From the NCBI GenBank assembly GCA_963723965.1, contig CAVRSV010000012.1:658675-722674 (forward strand): 64,000 nt of DNA, given 5' to 3'. The notes below the pieces were generated by a model. That model was given only the letters and a program-made list of their open reading frames with translations. It did not search any database and was not told the DNA's origin. A program made the translations under genes and the position numbers. Origin of the DNA: an uncultured Acidobacteriota bacterium (GTDB taxonomy: Bacteria > Acidobacteriota > UBA6911 > RPQK01 > JAPXNP01). Below are positions 44,045 to 52,524 of this stretch, in pieces (the first letter of the stretch is position 1; every line of letters starts with the position of its first letter).

Positions 44045-44972
44045 GCATCCGCGGAGGGCGGCCCCGCCACGGGTAGACCGGATCTTTCTGCTTGTGCCGG
44101 CCAGGGCGGAAATGACTCCCGACCGGGCTCTCGTGCGCAAAGGAGACGCGCGCTCACCCAAGGGAGTGTGGGCCCCTCTCGCCCGGGACACGGTGGACGA
44201 GAGGAGCCGCCCCTCGGAATGCGCGCCGCTGTGGAGTTGACGCTGACCGCCCGGGTCCCGGTCGACACCGTCCGACTCTTGGGACTCCCTGACTAACGGA
44301 CGCTGCCCTCCGTTCCGGGCGGCGTCTCGGCGCTCCGCACCCCGCGGTTTGCGCGACTCACGTCGCGCAGAGGGAAATCCGGGGCCCGCTCTGTGAGAGT
44401 TCCAGCCTGATCGCGTGTGCACCTTGCGGAACCAATACAACCAACGATCCGATTCCGCCAATCTTCTGATGGCCCCCGCTCCCGTCTTGTGTAAACGTTC
44501 GTCAACTCAGAACCGTTACATATTTTCACTCAAAGGTTAATATTCCGAATTCGAGCCCCTCGCACTCCGGCCGAATGCATGCCGACGCACGACTCATCGA
44601 AGATCGATTCGGGATTCTCGTGAAGGAAGGGGGATCGGTGACCGTCGCGCGGTCTGACTGGCCGCCCCTCGGAGTTCCTCGTCTGGAGGGGCGCCTCTAC
44701 CGCCCGAGCCGGCGTTCCGGCCCGGATGAGGAGCGAAAAGATGCGCAAAGAAGCGAAAATGCGGATCTCCGGGCCGCAGCATATTGAACACGACAGGTTC
44801 CTGCGTTACTCAGTAGAGTGCCATGTGTTCGCCAGACCAATAGCGGCGTTTCCGGGCTACACCCTGGTGCTCGGACGCTTGCGGACGGCGGCGCTTGAGC
44901 CCCTGCCACACCGGCGGTCGCCGGTGGTTGGTTGGCTTCCAACCGACCCTCCCGGCGATCGTCGGAGAAATC

Positions 44973-45410
44973 TCAGGTTTCCATTCTCTCTTTCAGGTTC
45001 CGCAGGGAACGCTCAATGATCCGTGTCCACTCACGCTTCATGGCGAGAGAGTGAAGCACAGCTCCGATCAGGGGCACGGGCAACCGGTATTCGAGCCTGT
45101 AGGTAAATACCGTCGAACCGTTGGAGGCTTTGAAATCCCAGTGCGTCTTGTGCGGGAGTCCTCTGGTGGCTACCCCCATCCAGCCCCTGTTTTCGGTGAA
45201 GTCTCGAATCTCGGTCTCCACAGTCAGGGCAATGCCAAGGGCCCGGGCCCGATATCGGAAGCGCGCCCCATTGCCTCGCAGCCGACCCGTCGTCGGCTGA
45301 AAGTCGGAGACACCTTCGAACCAGTCGGACCAGCGACGCCAGTCCGAGGCATACTCGAATACCTTTTCCACCGGGGCCTGAATGCGAACGCTCCGCTCCA
45401 CGTCAAACAT
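44973..45410 (-). CDS. SRPBCC (polyketide cyclase-like) family protein
   Basis: VERSVRIQAPVEKVFEYASDW...W; SLRNLKERME. Confidence 0.8.
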   Translation of the reverse strand: MFDVERSVRIQAPVEKVFEYASDWRRWSDWFEGVSDFQPTTGRLRGNGARFRYRARALGIALTVETEIRDFTENRGWMGVATRGLPHKTHWDFKASNGSTVFTYRLEYRLPVPLIGAVLHSLAMKREWTRIIERSLRNLKERMET

Positions 45411-45479
45411 GGTGCCGAAGCTTAACAACCTTTCTCCGCGCCGTACAGAATCGTGATCCTGAATGCCGGCGCGTCAAGA

Positions 45480-45991
45480 CGGCCGTAGGGTTCGCCCAGT
45501 TCCGGGGCCACCTGGCGGTGCAGCGACTGCGGCTTGTTCGCCAGCTCCTCCAGGTAATCTGTAGTGTTCTCGCCGTGCTCCGCGGTCCGGGCGTTCGACC
45601 ACCAGGGTCTTTCCCCGCCAGACCAGCCGGATGTCGTCCACCCCCACCCAGGCTTCAACGTCGTTCGCGGTTTCCACTGCTCCCACAGCTCGTCGATTCG
45701 GGCCGATGACTGCTTCCATCCCCAGCATCCTTTCCTCCAGTCCGTTCTGTCTTGGCAGACAACCAGACGACCGGATTTTAGGGCCGAGGGTGGGTATTTT
45801 CTAAACGTTGGATGGGTCATTTTCTCGCCGGCGCGTCCACCGAGGGGCGGCGCTGGCGAAAGAGAGGAGAGTTCGGCGGACCCGCCGCCCGGTTGGACAA
45901 AGTCCGCAACGTGGCAGCCCTCCGGCTCCGATCGAGAAGTCCGAAAAGTCAGACACGCATTCGGACTTTTTGTCCCGTTTCCAGAGTGACA
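45480..45991 (-). mobile_element. Second IS21-family remnant (terminal end plus fragments of istA C-terminal half)
   Basis: Minus-strand end TGTCACTCTGGAAACGGGACAAAAAGTCCGA with repeated AAGTC(C/A)GA; fragments AWVGVDDIRLV and YLEELANKPQ...QVAPELGEPYGRL in different frames. Confidence 0.55.
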
Positions 45992-46116
45992 TCTACTCGC
46001 TAAAGTGCCTCCTCCAAGAGCTACGGCAAGCCGGAGACTCCGACAAGCGCTAATTCTGGGAGGATTTCAAAGAACTGGCACACTCCCTGCTAAGACTGCC
46101 TTCAGGAGGAGGAACC

Positions 46117-46383
46117 GTGCCAACCAGGATCAACCGGTCAACGTCGGAGCATCTCAGCGAAGATGGACTCCTACTCGATTACCTTCGCTGCCCGATCTCC
46201 GAACGGGATTCTCGCTTTCTCGACACCTCATCCGCCGCGCGCCTTACGGGCCTGTCGAGAAGAACGATTCAGTGGTGGGTTGAATGTGGCCACGTGGCGG
46301 CCGTGATGATTGGCAGACGATACCAAATCGAACGAAGATCCCTGCTCTCTCATCTCGCCCGTCTAGCTCAAGGTTTCGATTGA
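46117..46383 (+). CDS. Excisionase-like HTH DNA-binding protein
   Basis: LDTSSAARLTGLSRRTIQWWVECGHVAAVMIGRRYQI; RBS aggaggagg. Confidence 0.75.
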   Translation: MPTRINRSTSEHLSEDGLLLDYLRCPISERDSRFLDTSSAARLTGLSRRTIQWWVECGHVAAVMIGRRYQIERRSLLSHLARLAQGFD

Positions 46384-46492
46384 TCCCCGCACCCAACGGT
46401 ACGTTCCCAACTTCGCGCACAGGAGAAGCCCGCTCCCGACTTGTGTACTCGAGTGGACCGATCACCAATCGTATCCAGCCGATCTCTTTGAC

Positions 46493-47146
46493 TCAGTCGA
46501 TCAGCTGTGGCGTGTCCTTGGCGGATATCCATCGACACATCACCTGCCAAAGCGCGACAACTATGAGGAGTTCGCCAAGGATCAGCACCGGAGGCATAAG
46601 CACGTATTGGACGAGATTTCCCCAGAGATCTGGGAACCACGTGCTTATCCCCACTACCGTCAAGCCCGCTATGAAGACTGTGACGAAAGGAACTACCTGC
46701 CCAAACCGCCGACCAAATACCAGCTTCGTGAAAAGCATGAATGAAGACACAGTCAAAACGCCAATCCACGCAGTCAGTGTCCAGAGAATTCGAGCGGATG
46801 CAAATAACCCGGGAACTGAGAGGATAGCAGGCAGAAAGAAAGTGACGCTCTGCATGATGAATGCGGAAACGAACTTCGCAGACACAACAAGCTCGTCGGA
46901 GAGTGGCAAGGTTCTGAGCCAGGTGAAGGTCCCTTTGCCTCTCTCGAAGTATGCCAACCAGTCTCCATAAGCCATCATGAATACGAGGTTGAACATGCAA
47001 ATCACAACCAACGCATATTCCGGGGATCCAGGTTCCCTCCACCAGAATCCCCCGCAGATTACTGCGACGGCGCAGAGCCAGGACAAGACGAGTTCAAGTC
47101 GATAGAGGTATAGGTCCTTGAGGACGAGCACGCAAAGCTTCTTCAC
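46493..47146 (-). CDS. ABC-2 type transporter permease
   Basis: LVLKDL; ERGKGTFTWLRTLPLS...VVSAKF; about six TM helices. Confidence 0.8.
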   Translation of the reverse strand: MKKLCVLVLKDLYLYRLELVLSWLCAVAVICGGFWWREPGSPEYALVVICMFNLVFMMAYGDWLAYFERGKGTFTWLRTLPLSDELVVSAKFVSAFIMQSVTFFLPAILSVPGLFASARILWTLTAWIGVLTVSSFMLFTKLVFGRRFGQVVPFVTVFIAGLTVVGISTWFPDLWGNLVQYVLMPPVLILGELLIVVALWQVMCRWISAKDTPQLID

Positions 47147-48000
47147 CGCTCATCATCCCTTGTCAGGAAGTAGAGTCTCTCCAGATCCGGCGATTCGGAG
47201 CGCCAATGCTGATCCCAATCCCGCTCACAGGTTCCGCGTTGATGGAAGAGGAGGAGATATTCACCATTCCTGCACCATGACTTGAGCAGGGACGGCGAAC
47301 GGACAAGCGCGGGTGGGACCTCGGTCTCCGGGACGTGGTACAGCCTCATTTGCGGGATCGCAGCCAGTGTTGAGCCGAGGACCAGTCTTCCGTTGCGGAT
47401 GACTCTGAATTCGGTCGTCATGGCTTCAATATCCTGAAAAAGATGGGATGAGATCAGTGCGCAGACACCGCGGTCGGAGATGAGGGAACGGACATACTCC
47501 TGCAGCTCAACACGCGACTCGGGGTCCAAGCCGGCAGTCGGTTCATCGAGCAGGAGCAATTGAGCCGAGTGGGCCAAGCCGATCAACAGGTGCAGCTTGA
47601 CACCAAGTCCCTTGGACAGCACGCGGACCCGACTTTGCAGCGGTAGTCCGAATCTTCCCACCCACTCAGATACGAATCCCCGGTCCCAGGACTGAAAGAT
47701 CCGTGCACAAAACCAAAGGGTCTGCTCAACGGTCAACCCCTCGTACAACCGCGGGTGCTCGGGGACGAATGCTATGTTCTCCCGCAACATCCAGTTGGCC
47801 CTGGCTATCGGCTGTCCTCCCCATCTTGCCTCGCCTCCATCGGACGTGAGTTGTCCCGCAAGACAGTTCAGAAGCGTCGTCTTACCTGCCCCATTCGGGC
47901 CAAGTAGCCCGCATGCCGAACCGGGTTCGACCTCCAGATCGATGGGCCCGAGCTGAAATCTCGGGAACTTCTTGACCAGACCCGACACTTCCAGTTTCAT
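47143..48000 (-). CDS. ABC transporter ATP-binding protein
   Basis: GPNGAGKTT; LSKG signature; LLLDEPTAGLDP; ISSH. Confidence 0.92.
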   Translation of the reverse strand: MKLEVSGLVKKFPRFQLGPIDLEVEPGSACGLLGPNGAGKTTLLNCLAGQLTSDGGEARWGGQPIARANWMLRENIAFVPEHPRLYEGLTVEQTLWFCARIFQSWDRGFVSEWVGRFGLPLQSRVRVLSKGLGVKLHLLIGLAHSAQLLLLDEPTAGLDPESRVELQEYVRSLISDRGVCALISSHLFQDIEAMTTEFRVIRNGRLVLGSTLAAIPQMRLYHVPETEVPPALVRSPSLLKSWCRNGEYLLLFHQRGTCERDWDQHWRSESPDLERLYFLTRDDER

Positions 48001-48009
48001 ACCACTCGC

Positions 48010-48465
48010 TCAATCTATATCAACGCCCAGATCCTCCAGAATTCGTGGGATTTCGTACTCCGAATTGGTGACAACTCCGTCCTGTGCGATTCGAAGAAGA
48101 CAGGGGACACTCGTGATTCCCAGATCCCTCAGATCGTCGGTTTTGACTCTGAAGATGGGTAGAGGGATGGGGATTTTCAATTGATAATACCGAAGATACG
48201 GCAATGAATGAGGGCTGATTCCCACCACCCCGGAAGGGCGGCCTATCTGTTGGATGACTTCACGGCAACTCGGACAGAGAGGGCTAAAGACCAAGACCTT
48301 CGAATTCCGAAGGACTCCCTCGCAAGGTCTCGCCACTCCGTTTATGTCGGTGCACACCACGCCTTCAACTGACCTCCGAGCTTCTGTACCCTTCCGACAT
48401 AGTACACACGAGGTCAGACAGAGCATGAGGCTAAGCCCCCCAAACAGGGTAAGATCGATTCGCAT
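48010..48465 (-). CDS. Exported thioredoxin-fold protein
   Basis: Hydrophobic N-terminus with Cys; FSPLCPSC active-site-like motif; GITSVP cis-Pro-like loop. Confidence 0.6.
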   Translation of the reverse strand: MRIDLTLFGGLSLMLCLTSCVLCRKGTEARRSVEGVVCTDINGVARPCEGVLRNSKVLVFSPLCPSCREVIQQIGRPSGVVGISPHSLPYLRYYQLKIPIPLPIFRVKTDDLRDLGITSVPCLLRIAQDGVVTNSEYEIPRILEDLGVDID

Positions 48466-48471
48466 GGCCCC

Positions 48472-49020
48472 CTAACCCTCCAAACAGATCCGGAGCGCCT
48501 TGGCAAGAACTTCAAGTAGAGCCGCCGCTAATGCCAACGCACAGCCGACGGCCCAGTAGGTGAATACAGAGAAAGACGGGCCAGACAGTCGCCCCTCGTC
48601 GCTGATCAGGCGTCGGAGCATCCAGAGTCCGAGTGATTCCGAACCCGACGCAATAATGCAGATCGACAAGAATTCCAGGGGGACGTAGAGAGCCGCATAG
48701 AAAACCTCACCCGGACTGACGAGCCAAAGTGAATGGAGGTGAAATCCGAGGAAGAGAGAGTTCCAGGCGAGAACCATGATTGTCACGATGCCAAATGTGC
48801 CCGAACCTAAGAGTACCAGCCCAATCACTCGGGAATTTCTCGCGAGAATCACAGACAGGTCCGTGAAGAGCCCCGTCAATATGTCATTCCCACCCCAGTG
48901 CCCGCGCGGGCCTGGAAACAAAGGCTCACAGTCCCACCCCCACAGGGCGCCTGCTCCCACGCAGAGGCCAACCAATATCAGGTTAAAACGAAGCATGGAC
49001 CCAGGCCTAAGGGAGCTCAT
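48472..49020 (-). CDS. SpoIIM/DUF95-family membrane protein
   Basis: ILARNSRV...TFGIVTIMVLAWNSLFLG...VPLEF...AALLE; start uncertain. Confidence 0.7.
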   Translation of the reverse strand: MSSLRPGSMLRFNLILVGLCVGAGALWGWDCEPLFPGPRGHWGGNDILTGLFTDLSVILARNSRVIGLVLLGSGTFGIVTIMVLAWNSLFLGFHLHSLWLVSPGEVFYAALYVPLEFLSICIIASGSESLGLWMLRRLISDEGRLSGPSFSVFTYWAVGCALALAAALLEVLAKALRICLEG

Positions 49021-49218
49021 GTCAGATAACCTGCAAATAGGCGGCGTACAGGACGCACCGCCACCCCTGGGCGCCCGGGGGAGAACACCTGGGCCCACGC
49101 TCCGTTCCGCGAATACCCCACAACCAACGACGCGGAAGATCCGCCGGTCGCGGGAGGCAGGACCAGGCTGAACGCGACGCTCAGCCCACTACGGACGCGT
49201 ACGGTCTTCGGGGCACTG

Positions 49219-50382
49219 TCAGGGGCAGAGGATCTGCTGAATGCGGTCGGCGAAGTCCAGAAGGGACCGGCCGTCTTCCGGCGCCACACTCCCCTCGCCG
49301 AGGTAGGCCGACACCTCCGCTGAGAAGGCATCGAGCGTCTCGCAGGCAGCGGCTTCATCGCCGTTTGTGACCGAGGTGAGAGCGGGTTTGAGAAAACCCA
49401 GCAGCGAGGAGCGCTGGGTCCTGGTGAGACGATGCTCCCGGCCAAGACGCCGGACCGTATCAATGGTCAGGCTCAGATCGACGGACGGGGCAAATTCGTA
49501 GGCGCCGACGTCGCAGGCGCCGGAACGGGGCTGGGGTCGCGAAATCCCTCGTTGATCCGTGGCGACACCGCACTGGCCGGTGGGAATGTGATCGATCGCG
49601 GGACTTCCTTCGGTCAGGGCATGGGTCGGCGTAAACCCCCCGTTTTCGGACAGCGGGACGAGCTGCGCATCCGTCGCAGGAAGGTCGCTCGAAGCCGAAA
49701 GACCGCAAGATCCATCGCTGTCGAGGTTGTTTCCCAGGCTGGTGACGGGCCCCTGGCAATCGCCGTCGGCACCGTTGGCCAGAATCGTGTTCCTCAATCG
49801 CATCTGGGGCGTAGCACCTCCCAGGCCGGCCCCCGGCTGAGAGGAGGAATTCGCTGCCACCGTAGCCAGGTTGTTGCGGATCGTTCCCTCTCCGACGAAG
49901 AGTCGACCCGCGTTGAAGATCCCTCCACCCAGACTGCAGACCCCGCCCTGGACCGTGACCCCGGAGAGCGTGAGGCCTGCGCCGTTCAGGATGTGGATCA
50001 CGCGGTCCGATACCGGTTCCGAAAACGATCCGCCGTCGATATAGGTCACGGCAGCCCCCGCGCCGCGGATGGTCACGTCACTCGAAATGTCCAGATCACC
50101 CGATTGAGACGCGTCTTCCCCAGGTCCAGTCAGAGAAAGCACGTAGGTTCCCGCAGGTAGAAGGATGGTATCCGCTCCGCTGCCGGCGGGACAGCGGTCG
50201 ACCGGCAGATCCGTGTTGGCCGCGATCACGGCTTCCCGCAGCGTGCAGTTGCCATCAATTGCGAGGTCGTCGGCCGTCGTGGTCACCGGGATGGTCGTCC
50301 CGGCCCGGGATGCGACCGAGAGTGCGATCCAGATGAATATGAGAGGCACGGCCTTGGACGGCGCACCTCGACGCTTTGGCAT
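49219..50382 (-). CDS. Secreted CSLREA / choice-of-anchor Q domain protein
   Basis: VTTTADD...CTLREAV; GDLDI; NGGFTPTHALTEGSPAID; DQRG...CDVGAYE. Confidence 0.85.
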   Translation of the reverse strand: MPKRRGAPSKAVPLIFIWIALSVASRAGTTIPVTTTADDLAIDGNCTLREAVIAANTDLPVDRCPAGSGADTILLPAGTYVLSLTGPGEDASQSGDLDISSDVTIRGAGAAVTYIDGGSFSEPVSDRVIHILNGAGLTLSGVTVQGGVCSLGGGIFNAGRLFVGEGTIRNNLATVAANSSSQPGAGLGGATPQMRLRNTILANGADGDCQGPVTSLGNNLDSDGSCGLSASSDLPATDAQLVPLSENGGFTPTHALTEGSPAIDHIPTGQCGVATDQRGISRPQPRSGACDVGAYEFAPSVDLSLTIDTVRRLGREHRLTRTQRSSLLGFLKPALTSVTNGDEAAACETLDAFSAEVSAYLGEGSVAPEDGRSLLDFADRIQQILCP

Positions 50383-50539
50383 GGCTGGGCTCCTTGGGCA
50401 GGATTATACCGCCCCGGAACTCGCGATGGTGCCCGAGTTGCGGCTCCCCCCGGGGACGGCACGAACTCAAGGAAGAAGCAGTCAGCGCGGCGTGCGGGCG
50501 CTCCGAGGAACCCTTCAGCCGAATTGTTCAGCGTCGGCT

Positions 50540-51367
50540 CTAGATTTCGACGACCGGGCCCGCATTCAGGCTGATCACTTCTACCGGATTGGCCCGCTCG
50601 GTCACATAGATTCGGCAGTCCGGTGCATTCGCCTCGATAATGTAGTAACCCCTGCGGGAGGTCTCGAGTGAATTGAGAAACCGCTGTTTCGCCTCACTCG
50701 ACCAGTAGTGCATGGGAATCACCCTCTTCGGTCTCAAGAAGTCCACATAAGAGACCGCCTGCGGTGTGATCTCACGCTTCCAGTCGATGGGCACGAGCAG
50801 GAGATCGACCTGCTCCGGCAGCGCATTCTTCAAACGCTTCTGCACCTCCGGACGATCGAGGGCCAACATGTCGCCCTGCGAATCACCGGCGTAGAAGATG
50901 CGAAATCCCTTGTAGCTGATCAGATATCCATAGTTGTCGTCGGGAACGTCTTCCGTCACCGGGATTGCCCGAATTTCGACGTCGCCGCGCTTGAAATCAC
51001 TCCCGGAGACTACTTCCGCGCCCGGAAACTCCCAGTTTTCGCGGGCCATGTCGGGATGCGCGTAAACGACGATATTCGGTGCAAGGGTTCCGAAATCTCG
51101 CGCCGGAGCAACATGACCATAGGTTCGCGATTCCCCGTCGTCCATCAGAATCGTGACGCCATCGTCGAAGCTGAGGATGAATGCGGCATGGCCAAGATAG
51201 TGAACGCCGACCACCGGACCGAGCAATGAGGCTACGGGGTGGGTCCCGGCAGTCGCGGTCTTCTCCAGGCTATCGGCGCGGTAGGTCGGCACACTCTCCT
51301 CGACACAGCCGACATACAGCAAAGTCAGTGCCAGCAGCAGAGGTCCGAAGCCCCAAGAATTCCTCAT
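50540..51367 (-). CDS. MBL-fold hydrolase-like lipoprotein with degenerate metal motif
   Basis: LLYVGC lipobox-like; YLGHAAF; YAGDS; VIPMHY; start placed at ATG 51367. Confidence 0.75.
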   Translation of the reverse strand: MRNSWGFGPLLLALTLLYVGCVEESVPTYRADSLEKTATAGTHPVASLLGPVVGVHYLGHAAFILSFDDGVTILMDDGESRTYGHVAPARDFGTLAPNIVVYAHPDMARENWEFPGAEVVSGSDFKRGDVEIRAIPVTEDVPDDNYGYLISYKGFRIFYAGDSQGDMLALDRPEVQKRLKNALPEQVDLLLVPIDWKREITPQAVSYVDFLRPKRVIPMHYWSSEAKQRFLNSLETSRRGYYIIEANAPDCRIYVTERANPVEVISLNAGPVVEI

Positions 51368-51625
51368 TCCTGTCTCCTTCCGCCATCCACTCCGGGAGCC
51401 GGGGCAACCGGCGCGGGATGGGCGAGTCACCCTGGAAACACCGATATGCGCGCCTCCTTCGTTCGGTTGAAGAGCAAGCGGCACATCCTGACAAGACAAG
51501 CCCGAAAGCTCGTCCACTTACCCGGAATTGACTAGACAGTCCCTTCGATGACCAGTCGGCTTACTCGCATGTGAATTTTACCAGAGTACAAGAAACGAAT
51601 TGCGAGACCTGATCCGAAGATGGCA

Positions 51626-52495
51626 TCACCGGGACGAAGGAGGGAGTGGGCTCTTATGGGTACGGGCTGCAGTCGGGCTGGTCCCGGCCCGTCCGGTGAG
51701 AGGATCCGGATGCCCCGCTTCGACGACGCTGCACTGCGCCTCCTCCAACAGGAAGGGCATGTAGTAGCCGCCATTGAAAGTCTTGTCCGTGGAGATCCGT
51801 CCTCGGGCCAGAACAACGGAACCCAACGGAACGTCCGCGCTCGTCGTGGCGACCAATTCACCGCCCCGATCGTCCAGGAGGTGGATCCAGTTTCTCCCCA
51901 TGATGTTCCGGTTCACCCGAGCAACCAGACCGACGACACTCACCCGTTTTCCGGAAAAGACCGCCGTCCTTGCTTCAATGTCGTGAATGGTCTCGGTGTC
52001 CGGCAGGATGGGGAGAGATCCTTTCTTCGGAGCCGGCAGAGTCCGCTGGTTGCTTCGCGAGCTCCGGGGAACCGCAGGATGGCCGGAAGGCAGGCCCTTG
52101 ACAGTGCTGACGGCGACGGGCGTGCGTTCCTTAACTCGAATGCGATCAACGAAGCGGATCTCAGGAAACCGCCTGGAGAGCGACGGGCTTTGGAAGTCGC
52201 GCATGAGCAACCCCTTCTGGTACTCGACAATGTCGCCGACAGCAACACCGGAAATCGTGGCAGCCAGCCAGAAGGAGCGATGATCCGCATTCACGCAGAG
52301 GTACCGGTAATCTCCGACATCAATCACCTCGGTGACCGAGCCTTCGAGCCAACCCGGACTCGAACCCCCCTCGGACCCGCTGGGCGGCGGAGCAATCGTC
52401 ACCTGCTTCGCCGGAACGGAAACGGAAGAGGAGCAGCCCGCCAGGAGCGCCGCCGCCAGCGCAACACACGCCAGTTCCACACACTGTCTCTTCAT
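51626..52495 (-). CDS. Lipoprotein with two OB-fold-like domains
   Basis: LLAGC lipobox; GSVTEVIDVGDYRYL; LMRDFQSPSLSRRF; LPSGHP; NIMGRNWIHL. Confidence 0.65.
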   Translation of the reverse strand: MKRQCVELACVALAAALLAGCSSSVSVPAKQVTIAPPPSGSEGGSSPGWLEGSVTEVIDVGDYRYLCVNADHRSFWLAATISGVAVGDIVEYQKGLLMRDFQSPSLSRRFPEIRFVDRIRVKERTPVAVSTVKGLPSGHPAVPRSSRSNQRTLPAPKKGSLPILPDTETIHDIEARTAVFSGKRVSVVGLVARVNRNIMGRNWIHLLDDRGGELVATTSADVPLGSVVLARGRISTDKTFNGGYYMPFLLEEAQCSVVEAGHPDPLTGRAGTSPTAARTHKSPLPPSSR

Positions 52496-52524
52496 CTCAT
52501 TTTTCCTTCCCGCCTGGCCCCGCT

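Noticed and set aside
42899-44461. 520-aa minus-strand ORF as one gene
   Set aside because: Only the last ~139 aa look like a real domain; the middle is antisense to the 43610..44044 gene
44575-45019. Small plus-strand ORFs 44575..44787 and 44726..45019
   Set aside because: No recognisable motifs; may be a decayed gene but cannot be supported
49017-49218. Candidate bacteriocin precursor upstream of the DUF95 gene
   Set aside because: No clear start or RBS, and the reading frame lacks convincing precursor character
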